Source of the DNA: an uncultured Spirochaetota bacterium
GTDB taxonomy: Bacteria > Spirochaetota > Brevinematia > Brevinematales > JAOACQ01
Direction: 5' to 3'
NCBI GenBank assembly: GCA_963768055.1
Contig: CAVYGN010000001.1
Location: forward strand, 640,001-704,000
Length of the DNA: 64,000 bases
Shown here: piece by piece, positions 1 through 10,830 of the stretch
Position numbering within the stretch: position 1 is the stretch's first letter
Layout: every line of letters begins with the position of its first letter
Position numbers and translations under genes: made by a program
Notes under the pieces: generated by a model
The model's input: the letters and a program-made list of their open reading frames with translations, nothing else
The model's database searches: none
Told to the model about the DNA's origin: nothing

Positions 1-2
1 TT

Positions 3-80
3 ACGGCATCCGGGAATCCAACTCCATATACAATAACAGTTAATGCTAATTTCACAATTGCCGCTGTTTGGCAAAACTAA
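3..80 (+). CDS. 3' end of an upstream gene (partial; beta-strand repeat-like C-terminus)
   Basis: Open frame TASGNPTPYTITVNANFTIAAVWQN* runs in from the window edge and is followed by a terminator. Confidence 0.45.
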   Translation, partial: TASGNPTPYTITVNANFTIAAVWQN

Positions 81-118
81 CAGAAACAGAGATAAGTTCT
101 GTTTAACTCAAAACAAAC

Positions 119-140
119 GGGGCTCACTTGAGCCCCTTTT
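119..140 (+). terminator. Rho-independent terminator
   Basis: GGGGCTC-ACTT-GAGCCCC hairpin followed by TTTT. Confidence 0.75.
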
Positions 141-214
141 AATAGATTGAAATTTATTATGGATGAATTTTTAGGTTTCTTAGTAAAATTAATTGTTTAA
201 ATTGGAGGTTATTT

Positions 215-397
215 ATGCCAGAAAATTCAACTGGTGGGATAGTTGCGACAGATACGGGTATTATTTTAGGTTGTGCAGGGCTTGGGGCGGCGATTGGGTC
301 AGCAGTTCCTATTTTAGGAACAGCGATAGGTACAGGAATAGGGGGAATTGTTGGCAGTATTTTAGTAATTTTTAAAGAAGTCGCAAATAGAAAATAA
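215..397 (+). CDS. Small glycine-zipper membrane peptide
   Basis: GGAGG RBS upstream; repeated GxxxG (GAAIGSAVPILGTAIGTGIGGIVG). Confidence 0.6.
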   Translation: MPENSTGGIVATDTGIILGCAGLGAAIGSAVPILGTAIGTGIGGIVGSILVIFKEVANRK

Positions 398-442
398 ATG
401 CATTCCATTTTTTATTGGTGTTATAGTCGGGGCACCTCTAAA

Positions 443-568
443 ATGTTAATGAATCAATTGCCTGATAATGAAAGAGAGACATTAAGAAAACAGTTATTAG
501 AATATTACAGCCTTGATACACTGGTGATGGTAAAAGTTTTAGAAAAACTCTATTTAATCAAACCATAA
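443..568 (+). pseudogene. C-terminal fragment resembling DUF2779-family proteins
   Basis: LRKQLLEYYSLDTLVMVKVLEKL resembles the family's LLEYCxLDTxAM terminus; the rest of the gene is absent. Confidence 0.45.
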
Positions 569-1000
569 AACCTCATAATTTAATAGTGTTGCACTACAAT
601 CTATGCCAATTCCTTCATTTTCAATATATTCCTGTCCATCATATCCATTTATATTCATTCAATAAAAATCCACTTCCTGCCGTTTCAAAAAATTACTTTT
701 CTATTCAATGATTCAAATTGATACCGGTTGTTCAAAAATTCAATACTAATAATTTCCACAGCTTCTAAAAGATGAACAGATTTAAGCTACTAAATTATAC
801 CTCAATTATTCTCAAAGCATTCTTAGGTCTTCCAGGGTTCCTGAATTATTCCAAATTACTTTGAATATTCAAAATGTCTATTCATCTGACAAGGTAATAA
901 TTTTAATCAAAAAAGTTGATGGGGAAATAGGGCAATAAGTGAAAAGTATGGGGGATGGGTGTATAATAAAGCTGTTATTTTATTTATAGGGGGTTATTGT

Positions 1001-1936
1001 ATGGAAAAAGATAACGCCAGAATACTTGTCATAGGTGCAGGTGTTAATGGCTGTGCATGTGCTTCTGAATTACACAATGGCGGGGTCGATGTTACGATTC
1101 TAGCAAGAGGAAAGCGATATGATGATATCAAAAACGAGGGAATAATTATTGAAAATCCATTCAACAACAAAAGAATCATAACAAAAGTTCCAGTTATCAA
1201 TGAGCTTAAACCCGAAGAAATTTATGACTATATTCTTGTGATAATCCGAAGAAATCAAGTGTCAGCACTATTACCTGTTTTGGCTAAAAATAAAACTCCT
1301 AATATAGTTTTTATGGGTAATACACTTGAGGGCCCCGATGAATATACAAATGCAGTAGGTAAAGACCGTGTGATGATGGGCTCTGTCTTTGCTGGGGGTA
1401 AAAAGGAAGATGATATTATTAAGGCTATTATTATCAAATCAATTGCAGGAACCGTCGGTGAAATCGATGGAAAAATTACTTCGAGAGCAATAAGGTTAAA
1501 AAACATCTTACGCCAGGGCGGGTTTAAATCAACTGTTTCGACCAATATAATTGATGCTTTAATCACACATGCGGCAGGGCTTCCAGTAATGGCCCTTTTG
1601 ATTATGAAGTATAAATTGAATCTAAAAGAATTAGCTAAATCAACCGTAGACCTAAAGCTTATGGTGGACGCAACACGAGAATCATACTCTGTTATCAAGG
1701 CTCTAGGTTATAGAATAATTCCTAAAGCAACGAATATCGTTAATATTATTCCTTGTTTCATTCAAATTGCAATTTTACGAATTTTACTGAAAACAAAATT
1801 ATTAGAGGTAGGCGGGGTTTACCATATTTCACAAGCACCTGATGAGATGAACTTTATTGCTGGTGAGCTTAAAGTTTTGGTTGAAAAGTCTGGTCTTTCT
1901 GTGCCTGCTCTTAGAAAAGTATTAGGAATGAGATAA
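1001..1936 (+). CDS. Ketopantoate reductase (PanE/ApbA) family oxidoreductase
   Basis: N-terminal ILVIGAGVNG Rossmann motif, VTILARG, YDYILV. Confidence 0.8.
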   Translation: MEKDNARILVIGAGVNGCACASELHNGGVDVTILARGKRYDDIKNEGIIIENPFNNKRIITKVPVINELKPEEIYDYILVIIRRNQVSALLPVLAKNKTPNIVFMGNTLEGPDEYTNAVGKDRVMMGSVFAGGKKEDDIIKAIIIKSIAGTVGEIDGKITSRAIRLKNILRQGGFKSTVSTNIIDALITHAAGLPVMALLIMKYKLNLKELAKSTVDLKLMVDATRESYSVIKALGYRIIPKATNIVNIIPCFIQIAILRILLKTKLLEVGGVYHISQAPDEMNFIAGELKVLVEKSGLSVPALRKVLGMR

Positions 1937-1979
1937 TATAAACTGCTGTATAATGGTGTGGAAAATTATCCAGGCTGAT

Positions 1980-1997
1980 GAAATTTATCCTGGCTGA
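1980..1997 (+). repeat. 18-bp direct repeat GAAATTTATCCTGGCTGA (also 3560-3577; degenerate near 1961, 3593, 3614, 21899)
   Basis: Exact copy on both sides of the lipoprotein gene 2196-3533. Confidence 0.8.
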
Positions 1998-2195
1998 TAT
2001 TATCAAAACAACCTCTATAATCCATCTCTTTACCCGTATCTTATCATAAATCACATATTACACCAATTCGGAATGCCAGGACCAGGGCAGAATGACAGAA
2101 TTCAGGGGATATTTTAAAACAATAAATAATGGACTTTTATTTTGTTCGATAATAAAGTAATGGCAATAATTTGTGATTTTATTTAGGGGCCTAAT

Positions 2196-3533
2196 ATGAA
2201 ATCCATATGCTTTCTTTTCGCATCTTTCATTCTCCTGAGCTTCATGCTTGTTTCCTGTGCTCCACAGGTGCAGAACGCATTGACAAAAGAAAGCCAGGAA
2301 CAGGCAACTGACACAAATGTTAATGCTGTTTTTCTTGAAAAACAGGAATCTGAGGCTGACATTACAGTAAAACATAAGATTCTAATTATGCCCTTTGAAT
2401 ACACATCGACAAACGCAAACTATCCGAATCCTTTAATCTATAGGACAATATTTTTCTCCTCATTCTATAATTTGTTTTCAGTTCTACCATCCATTGACCT
2501 TCCCGATAAAAGTGTTCTTTTGACTATGAACCCATCGGAAGAAACCATTTCAAACCTTGCCGATCAATACAAGTGCGATTTCATTGTTTTTGGTGATTAT
2601 GGACTTAAAGGTGATAAATCAAAACCCGATGCGGTAATAAGCCTTAAAATATGGAATAAATTCTCGGACTCTATTTCAACTAATAAAATCATTACACCTA
2701 CCGATGCTGACCTTTTCGATGCAATCGATTCCCTTATGTCAAAGATGGTCAAAACAATACTGAATGAGGAAATGAAAATAGCTTATCTTAATTTCAACAA
2801 TTTTGACACGGGCAGAGAACCGATCGGGGTCTTTGTCAATCACAGGCTTGTGGCTGAGCCGATATCAAACGATTTCCATCTTAATATGAAAGTAATATCG
2901 GGCAAAGATTATAAAGTCGCTATTCGAAGGAAGTTCGACGGTAAACTTCTTGCTGGTTCTGTTGCCAATTTGAAGCCAGGAGAATCGATGAATTTCAGCG
3001 CAACGAATTATAGAGTGAATCTGATCAAGAATGGAGATTTTGACAAAATAAACAAAATTGTATATCTGCGTTGGGATTGGGGCAATAATGATTATTCACT
3101 ATATAATGATGAGCATGCGGGTAAATGGAATTTAGCTTTATCCGATGCCGGTAAAGGGGTAGCAAATATTGAGAATGGTGAATGTCATATTAAAATAATA
3201 AATACAGGGCGGCATTGGTGTTCAGTAGCACTTGTCCTGGCTCCAATTAAAATTGAAAGGGGTAAAAACTATCGTATATCATTTAACGCAAGGGCTTCAG
3301 AGCCCCGTAAAATTGCTTTGAACATAGCTAAATATTATATCTGGATTAATTATTTATTAGGAATCCATTCACTTTTACCTGTATATTTAACTATCGATAA
3401 AAAAATGAATAATTATTCTTATTTATTCAAAATGTCAAATTCAACCGAGGAAAAATCATATTTTCAAATCGGTTTTTCTGATACTGTCGGCGATGTATGG
3501 ATAAATAATATATGGATAGAAGAAATCGATTGA
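2196..3533 (+). CDS. Lipoprotein with C-terminal CBM4/9-like carbohydrate-binding domain (paralog 1)
   Basis: Signal peptide ending LVSC; C-terminal NLIKNGDF...YRISFNARAS...VWINNIWIEE pattern of CBM4/9-type domains. Confidence 0.7.
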   Translation: MKSICFLFASFILLSFMLVSCAPQVQNALTKESQEQATDTNVNAVFLEKQESEADITVKHKILIMPFEYTSTNANYPNPLIYRTIFFSSFYNLFSVLPSIDLPDKSVLLTMNPSEETISNLADQYKCDFIVFGDYGLKGDKSKPDAVISLKIWNKFSDSISTNKIITPTDADLFDAIDSLMSKMVKTILNEEMKIAYLNFNNFDTGREPIGVFVNHRLVAEPISNDFHLNMKVISGKDYKVAIRRKFDGKLLAGSVANLKPGESMNFSATNYRVNLIKNGDFDKINKIVYLRWDWGNNDYSLYNDEHAGKWNLALSDAGKGVANIENGECHIKIINTGRHWCSVALVLAPIKIERGKNYRISFNARASEPRKIALNIAKYYIWINYLLGIHSLLPVYLTIDKKMNNYSYLFKMSNSTEEKSYFQIGFSDTVGDVWINNIWIEEID

Positions 3534-3767
3534 TATAATTCAGTCAAGATAAGATATTAGAAATTTATCCTGGCTGAATATGGCAAAGCAGCAAATTTAT
3601 TAAGGCTGAGGGAAAATTAGCATGGCTAAAATATCAAGTTCGGAATTAATTCAGATCTATCACATCTCTCACCCGCTTTAAATTGATATACTGAAAAACA
3701 TATAAAATAACAATTATTTGATGTTTTACAATCGATGCATCTTGCCCGAGGAATTTGGGCTGAAGCG

Positions 3768-4229
3768 CTACCTTTTACTTGGCCTTTTTACAGTATCAAT
3801 TAAATAAACCCAATATTTTTCTGTATTTATAGGATCATAAAAAACAATAACCGAAGAACCAATTTTCATCTGATTATTCTTTATAGAGATCAATCGATCA
3901 GAATTTGACCAATGAGTCATTATTTGGTATTGCCCTTTAATTTCCTTTTTTTCAAAATCTTTATAAATAAAATAAATCCTTTCTCCGACATCTTCATCAT
4001 GGTCATCAAAGGATTCGTTACTGATGATGGTTCCAATGGTTTTATATGAAATATTTATAAAATAATTAACATAAATCGGAAAATAATGATTCCACTCGTT
4101 TATTCTTTTGAAAGGAGTATTTTGTTCACTATTTGCTTTTTCTTCTTCAATACTTTTCGCAATCTTTATTATTTCACCTCTTTTGAGATCAGAAATACAA
4201 ATTCCATCCCGCATAATAATTTTTCCCAT
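3768..4229 (-). CDS. Hypothetical protein, DUF3592-like C-terminus
   Basis: ORF with IGSSVIVFYDPINTE motif; consensus promoter upstream. Confidence 0.5.
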   Translation of the reverse strand: MGKIIMRDGICISDLKRGEIIKIAKSIEEEKANSEQNTPFKRINEWNHYFPIYVNYFINISYKTIGTIISNESFDDHDEDVGERIYFIYKDFEKKEIKGQYQIMTHWSNSDRLISIKNNQMKIGSSVIVFYDPINTEKYWVYLIDTVKRPSKR

Positions 4230-4280
4230 AGGTTTTTTATAATAGCTTGAAGAAAATTGTTTCCCTTCACTGCAATAGCA

Positions 4281-4309
4281 ATTATAAAATGACCAAAACT
4301 TCGTGTCAA
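4281..4309 (-). promoter_or_regulatory. Consensus sigma70 promoter TTGACA-N17-TATAAT
   Basis: Reverse complement reads TTGACAcgaagttttggtcatttTATAAT; near-identical copy at 27097-27125. Confidence 0.8.
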
Positions 4310-4658
4310 ATCAGTTCCGTCATCGTCCGGCTCTACACTGTCCTGTACAGCGCAGACTGACGGAAGAAATTTCCCATAGCTGGCAGGCAAATGGCATATA
4401 GAAGATCGGGGAATCATGAATTAGAGAAAATACAAAAAATAATATTATCTGAGATTTCCCAGATAACACTATTTTATTCCCATTTTTGAGAACTTCTCCA
4501 TATCAAAAAAATTATATCTAATTGAATTCGCATTGTCAATTGTACATTTTGACATTTTTCTCATAAAATCCTTCCTTCTCATAATTACTTTGCTTATTGT
4601 GCATTATTCCCCCATTTTCTAAAAAAGGCGACAGGTACCCCTGTCTTTATTCCAAATA

Positions 4659-5260
4659 TTACCCGGAAACACCATCTCCAAAAAGGAGCTTAAGCCTATT
4701 TATTCTTTCAAGAATAGCGACGACCAATACTTTCGGTATCGCAACCTCTGCCATCTGGAAGATTATATAACGGGCATGGCTAATAACCTTGGCACCGATT
4801 TTGATAAGTTTTTCCCGGAGAGTCGTCATTGTCCAATGCTGCATTTCTCCGTGTAAAGCAGACTGTCTGAAAAAGTTTCCAAGGTTGTAGGCAAGAACAA
4901 ACAGTTGAAGCCAAACATGGTTGTCTATAAAATCATGGCATGATAATTTCGTCCACTTTACAGCATTCTTGCCTTCTTTAATACATTCGTGTCTTCATAT
5001 CCTGCAAGCCTGCTAAAAATAGATTGCCGTAATTGAGCCACAAGGCTATGTTGTTTATTCTTACCCCTTCGAATATCTCTCAAGATGCTAGAGGCTATTT
5101 CAGTCAATCCTAGCGTGTTATCAAGTTCCTTGTTAGCAAGCAGTCCTGCATTGGATGTGATGGAAGTCCCATGAAATTCAAGCCTTAAATTTCTATTAAA
5201 ATCCACTCATGAAAAATTTTTTTTAGCCTGACGGCCATAAAAGGCTTTCACCCATAGATT
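4659..5260 (-). pseudogene. IS1380-family transposase remnant with internal deletion
   Basis: N-terminal LEFHGTSITSNAGLL...LRQSIFSRLAGYEDTN joined to C-terminal KEGKNA...LAYNLGN...TTLREKLIKIGAKV; central part missing. Confidence 0.85.
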
Positions 5261-5776
5261 TACTTTAATTGATGGATTGACCGTCTCTATAATGCATGTT
5301 AGCAGGTGGGGGGATTATATCCCCTCTTTTTTGCACTGCATAAAAGCTTTTTATTTTAAAACAACCTCTATAACATATTCCTTTTTATCCATCTTATGAA
5401 AATCACATAAAGGATGTTTAGTTCATGCCAGGAGGGGTTAAAATGATAAAATTTAGGGGTATTGGAAACAAAAAATAACCGGATAATAGGTCTAATAAAA
5501 CTATACTGCCATAAAATAAAGATATATCTTTCGACAACTTGAATTAATGACTTGGATTACTTTATTTTCAGACTTTAAGACCTTTGCACGGTGATAGTAT
5601 AAATCATTCATGAAAATATTGAAAATAAAGCGGGTCTCCTTTACTCTAATTGTAGTCTGATATTAGAGTTGGAGTGGAATATGCCTACGAAAAAGATTGA
5701 AATGAGTTTTGCTGATTACTAGCAGCAAAGGAGAAAAAAGACAAGAACTAATAACTTTCTCGAAGAGGTCGATAGT

Positions 5777-5935
5777 ATGATGGACGCTTCGGGAAACCGC
5801 ACGAACTTCACCGATGAACGCGGCTACAGCGTGGGATATGCCTATGACAACCTCGACAGGCTAACATCGGTGCTGTACTCTGAAAACGCGGGAAACGCGA
5901 GCTATTTCTACGACAACGCGGGGAACAGGAACGAT
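5777..5935 (+). pseudogene. Rhs/YD-repeat fragment
   Basis: DASGNRTNFTDERGYSVGYAYDNLDRLTSV...YFYDNAGNR; locally GC-richer. Confidence 0.75.
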
Positions 5936-6045
5936 AAAGAAGCTTTTGAACATACAGGATATGAATATCATCCTAATCCAAGAGCTATTACAATCCTGAT
6001 TCTGGAAATAATAAGAAATAGGAATGAATATAAGGTATTATTTTA

Positions 6046-6825
6046 ATGAATGATAGACTAATTTATTACCCTGGAAGACCGCATCCAATTATTTCGTTAG
6101 TTATTGACATATACTTTTTGGCTCCAATTGTTATTTCTTTTATTAATCAATCTTGCAAGCTGTTTGGGTTTGAAGTCAATGACTATGTTAATATTTTTCT
6201 TTACATATTTATTTTTACCATATTTATCATATATCATAGTAACCCAAATATAATCAACAAAAAGCTTAGTCCCGGAGAACTAATAACAGGGAAAAAGATA
6301 ATTAATAGCCAAAAAATCTGGACAAATCCCTATAGATCTAATAGATGGCTTTTATTTGCTCCAATTTTATTGTCTGTAATATTTATTGGAGGTTATGGAT
6401 TTGGTGATTTTATTTTCAATAATTTAATTAGAGATAATAATATTTTTATTGAGTTAATGATTTTATCACTAATTTTCATTTTTTATAATATTAGTTTTAT
6501 TTTTATTGGGCACGGGGGGAAAATTTTGTTCTTAAGTATTCCAATTGTGATTAATATTTCCTATATTATTTTTTTTTATATAGAAGAAAAAGTTAAAACG
6601 TTTTATGATATATTTTATGATCTAATATGTTTGTTTTTATTTACTATTGCACTAGTATTCTATACTATCAAACGGGGCAAAAAAAAAGACATAGAGGAAG
6701 ATGCCAAGATTGTATTATTAAGTAAACAACAAAAGTATAGTTGGATTAAACTATCTTTAATTGCTTATATACCTATAATAATTGGATTTGTAATATTATT
6801 AATATCACATTTTTTATATCATTAA
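6046..6825 (+). CDS. Hypothetical multi-pass membrane protein
   Basis: 259-aa ORF with several hydrophobic segments. Confidence 0.6.
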   Translation: MNDRLIYYPGRPHPIISLVIDIYFLAPIVISFINQSCKLFGFEVNDYVNIFLYIFIFTIFIIYHSNPNIINKKLSPGELITGKKIINSQKIWTNPYRSNRWLLFAPILLSVIFIGGYGFGDFIFNNLIRDNNIFIELMILSLIFIFYNISFIFIGHGGKILFLSIPIVINISYIIFFYIEEKVKTFYDIFYDLICLFLFTIALVFYTIKRGKKKDIEEDAKIVLLSKQQKYSWIKLSLIAYIPIIIGFVILLISHFLYH

Positions 6826-7179
6826 GATGTTTAATAGGTATTCAACTGACAGTTGGTCATTAAAAAAAGATAATTATCATCAGAAACTCAAAAATCTGCT
6901 GTTATTCACTATAGAGCCTGATCATTTTGTTTGTCCATTTTCAGGCAAAGTGTGTTCAAAAGACTGTTATTTGTCTCTTTTTTGATCTGTAATTCTTAAA
7001 AAAGCGTTGTACGGTAGACGAGGAAAGGGGATACCCTCCGGGTGACGACAGCGAATGATGCATAAATTTGCATGAGTACTGAAACGGGAGTATCATAGAT
7101 ATATCCTCTTTTTGAGGGTAACCCCTAAAAGAGGATATTTTTTCGGTTATAGGCATATTTTATTATCCGGTATAGTGAT

Positions 7180-7821
7180 GTGGGTTCATGGCGTTGGATT
7201 TCCCGAGACCCGAAGGCGGGGGATATTTTCAAGCCGCAGAGTATTAACAGGTATCAGTTCTGTTTCAATAATCCGGTTAAAAATACAGATCCTGACGGTA
7301 AAGAAGTATATGTGGGTACAATGCCGGATTTACCATCAACAAGAGTTGGTAATGTAAGTGGAATAATTAGTACGGTTAATCCGCATACATTTGTATTAGT
7401 GACAGACAGGCCAATAAATCAAAAAGGATGGCAAGGAACTGTCTTTGAAACAGGGCCTGATGAGGCGATGGCTACACTTACCAAGCGAGAATACCCAGTA
7501 GATTCATTTAAAGAAATAAAGAAAAGCCCTGAAAAATATAATTTGGAACTTGTACCTAAAACTGATAATTATGAAACTCAAAAAGAATTTGATACTGCTG
7601 CTAAAGATCTTGCAACAAAAATTATATCTAAAGAGCATCCTAATTATAACCCCATGGGCTGGTTTGGAGGGAGAAATAGCATTTCTACTACAGGGACCAT
7701 AATAAGGGGCCTTGGTTCAAACTTTAAACCGAAAGGGTTTCGCCCTTGGGATTTAGATACACATCAACAAAAAACAAAAGAACCTAAAGAATCGGGTCAA
7801 TCATCAGGTCATAATGACTAA
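7180..7821 (+). CDS. Orphan Rhs core end plus C-terminal (putative toxin) domain
   Basis: WRWISRDP...NRYQFCFNNPVKNTDPDG is the Rhs-core DPxG terminus, followed by about 170 unique residues; 5' part missing. Confidence 0.8.
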   Translation: MGSWRWISRDPKAGDIFKPQSINRYQFCFNNPVKNTDPDGKEVYVGTMPDLPSTRVGNVSGIISTVNPHTFVLVTDRPINQKGWQGTVFETGPDEAMATLTKREYPVDSFKEIKKSPEKYNLELVPKTDNYETQKEFDTAAKDLATKIISKEHPNYNPMGWFGGRNSISTTGTIIRGLGSNFKPKGFRPWDLDTHQQKTKEPKESGQSSGHND

Positions 7822-7838
7822 TATTAAAGGATTGTTGC

Positions 7839-8414
7839 ATGAAAATAATCAAAATAATTAGTGCTATTTTTGTTGTAACTATCATGTTAATAATAATTTT
7901 AGCCTTTTTCCCACTTTTTTTCCTATCATCTCCATCCATAAGCTACTATTTTGAATCTCATACGAAAGAATCGCTAAAAGCACAAGGCACATACGGATTA
8001 TTGCATGTAGTTTTTGATGAAAAAATCGAATTTAAAGAAGTACCATATACAAAAGAGATTGATTTTAATTCAAAATGGTCTGATGATTTTTTTGCTATAA
8101 AGCTTTTTTATACAAATTTTAATTACGTAACATTTTATGTGGATAAACATGATCTGGATAAAATCAATAAATCTTTAATAGGATTATCATGGGAACTATA
8201 TGAAAAAGATAAGTTACTCTATACAAATTACATTAGTGTTGATAATCTACCCGCAGTAGGTACTGCTTATCCAGATATTCAAATGGATGTTATTAAAATT
8301 AAAAAAAACAAAAATTATAAATTAATAATTAAAATCCCAAAAAAATTAAATATAGACAATAAGTATTTGCATCCGACATTGGTTGGCGGAATTGGATTAT
8401 TTCCAATGCCTTGA
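7839..8414 (+). CDS. Membrane-anchored hypothetical protein, putative immunity partner
   Basis: Starts 17 bp after the Rhs C-terminal ORF; N-terminal hydrophobic segment. Confidence 0.55.
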   Translation: MKIIKIISAIFVVTIMLIIILAFFPLFFLSSPSISYYFESHTKESLKAQGTYGLLHVVFDEKIEFKEVPYTKEIDFNSKWSDDFFAIKLFYTNFNYVTFYVDKHDLDKINKSLIGLSWELYEKDKLLYTNYISVDNLPAVGTAYPDIQMDVIKIKKNKNYKLIIKIPKKLNIDNKYLHPTLVGGIGLFPMP

Positions 8415-9315
8415 AACAAAAGCATTATTAGATATCGAAGAAACGGCTCCCGGCTGTCACATAAATTCGAGGACGAAGATCGAATTTATGTTGGGGCACA
8501 AAACGCACAGGGGTGAGAGAGAGAAGATGGTACGAATGGGGCGGATGTACCCTGTGGTGGAGGGTAAGGGATAAGGTGCGGGCAGGGGAAAACTATTATC
8601 TCAAGGACGCGGTGAACATGGAGATATACGGCGACCTTGGGGACGAAACCTGCTCAATGTATCAATACACAAGATGCAAACCCCCGGTTAGCGTGCTGCG
8701 TGCATTTTTGCACGCATTTATAGCCATCAAACCCTTGATATACCCGGCATCTTCATTTTTATGGTGCGTGCAGTTAAGGATATTTTCACCGGTAAACCTC
8801 GAAGTAACCGTTAAAATTGGTTAATTTCGGTTATTTAGGCCCAAAAAGTACATGCAAAAGCAGTGAAATGCACGCAGGTTCAAAAGACGGCATCAGAGTT
8901 AAAAGAATAATTATTTCCCCCCAAAATCCTCGGCGTAACTGCTCAAGGTAGCAATACACCTAACGCGCATTTCATACAAGCGTATCGATAAAAGAACGGC
9001 TCCCATCCGGCACTTAAATTGAAAGACATATTCAATCTTAAAATGATTCTTTCATTATTCGGTAGTTCAGCTAAATCATTAATAACTGATAAAATTATCT
9101 TCATTGAACAGGTATAAATTCAGGGCCGTATCCGAGAAGCTTCCGGAACTCCGTCGGCATCCCGAACAGGGCAGATACACAATCCTGGCGGATTTTTCTG
9201 GATAAGAGGCAGAGAAATAACGGACAATCTGATTGAACTGCTGATCCATATTGTCCATCATATCAGTGTAAGGGCCGAGAGAAAAGTTGAAAAGGAACTT
9301 ATTGATGGTCTTTCA

Positions 9316-9840
9316 GCAGTAAAGGCGGATCCTTCGAGGATAGAACAGGTCATCATTAATTACCTGAATAATGCAATAGATCATTGTGAAGGGGAGAGAA
9401 GGATTCATATACGGATTGAAAAATCCGAAGATTTCGCCGAATTCACCCTGTTTAATTCCGGAAAACCTGTCCCAGAAGAAGCCCTGGAGAAGATCTGGCT
9501 GCGATTTTATAAAACGGATTCATCCCGAAGCCGTTCATTTGGAGTGGAGTTTTTTTCATGCTGAAAATTTCATAGATTTCACTTATCATTCACAAATCGT
9601 TCACGATACTATCACAAATATGCGTTATAATGCCGTTATGAAAAAAATATTATCAATAATTTTCATTATTATCGGGGCCGGTTCTGTCGGCGGGTATATT
9701 CTTTTCAATTCAGGCAAGGCAAAAAGTTCCTTCGAGATTGCGGAAATCGAAAGGGGAGACCTCTCCGAAAATATTTCCTGCACGGGAAACCTTAAACTGA
9801 GGAATTCCGTGGTTGTTAATTTCAAGATATCCGGTACAGT
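9316..9840 (+). repeat. Partial duplicate of 12645-13254 (kinase 3' end, promoter, MFP 5' end) with an internal deletion
   Basis: Near-identical nucleotide match; the segment encoding GGTGLGLAIV is deleted near 9540. Confidence 0.9.
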
Positions 9841-10003
9841 GGTGAAAGTTCAAACACGAAGTGCTCCACCCTCTTAATCCGAAAATGGATTGGAGGGAAA
9901 AAGTGGCATACAAACAGTTAAGTTATGAAGAAAGAATCCAAATTGGGATTTTATTAAAAGGCAAAGATAAAATATTTATTAAATTTATTTCAAGGAGAAA
10001 CAG

Positions 10004-10558
10004 ATGGGTATTTTAGTACGGTTCCGTTCCATATTCGTTCTTATGGCTTTTACATCTCTTTTCAGCGGATGCATGAACATAGCGACTCTAGGTATAGGCA
10101 AAGTTGTCAGGCCCGAGGAAAGCAAACATTATGAACCAAGAGGAGCCCTTGTCGTTTTATCGATTGACAGGGAAAAGTACTCATCGGCGACTACCTTTAT
10201 GCTTATGTTTTCAGATACTTCAAGCTTTTCAATGTATATTCCCAACGATGTAAATTATATACTTCTCGATGTCCCCTTCGGCTGTACGGGGATAGGCAGG
10301 ACAGGAGTCGTTTTCGAGACACAGGTCCCCTCGGAGTGGTTCGATCCTGTATGCAAGTTCAAACTTGAATCGAACAAGATAAATTATCTGGGCAGATTTG
10401 TTCTTGAACAGGACAACACCCAGGCAAGTTGGGATACGATGTATATTACTAATACGCTGGCGCATGACAAACTCGAGATACTCGATTTATTTCCCTCGTT
10501 ATCCAACATGGAATTTATAAACGTATCCGTGACTAACGGCCGTTTCAAGACAGAATAG
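10004..10558 (+). CDS. Hypothetical lipoprotein
   Basis: AAGGAG RBS; lipobox-like LFSGC. Confidence 0.65.
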   Translation: MGILVRFRSIFVLMAFTSLFSGCMNIATLGIGKVVRPEESKHYEPRGALVVLSIDREKYSSATTFMLMFSDTSSFSMYIPNDVNYILLDVPFGCTGIGRTGVVFETQVPSEWFDPVCKFKLESNKINYLGRFVLEQDNTQASWDTMYITNTLAHDKLEILDLFPSLSNMEFINVSVTNGRFKTE

Positions 10559-10709
10559 CTCCAGGGGTGTTAATGAAAGGCCTAGGAAACGTCATAAATT
10601 TAAAACGCCGAAAATGGTTATAGATCAGGGTGGTGCACTTCAGGCTTGAATGTGCCGCCCCTGCCAGCATCCCTTAGCGTTTTGTAGGCTAATTGGTGAA
10701 TGCTTAATT

Positions 10710-10752
10710 TTCACATAATGTTCAAAATTCTATTACAATCGAATGTTATACT
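10710..10752 (+). promoter_or_regulatory. Putative response-regulator direct repeats plus extended -10
   Basis: TTCAC/TTCAA/ATTAC at 11-bp period, then TGtTATACT; same layout as 12992-13045. Confidence 0.5.
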
Positions 10753-10830
10753 TTAATATGTAGCAATGGAAATCACATACACCTGTTTGAATATTGTTGG
10801 GGAGTTTGATAAAATAATATAATTATCGAG

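Noticed and set aside
7000..7110. GC-richer non-coding stretch as a group II intron or riboswitch remnant
   Set aside because: No recognisable GUGYG start, domain V or riboswitch consensus.
8900..9310. Possible transposase remnant
   Set aside because: No frame gave a motif I could identify.
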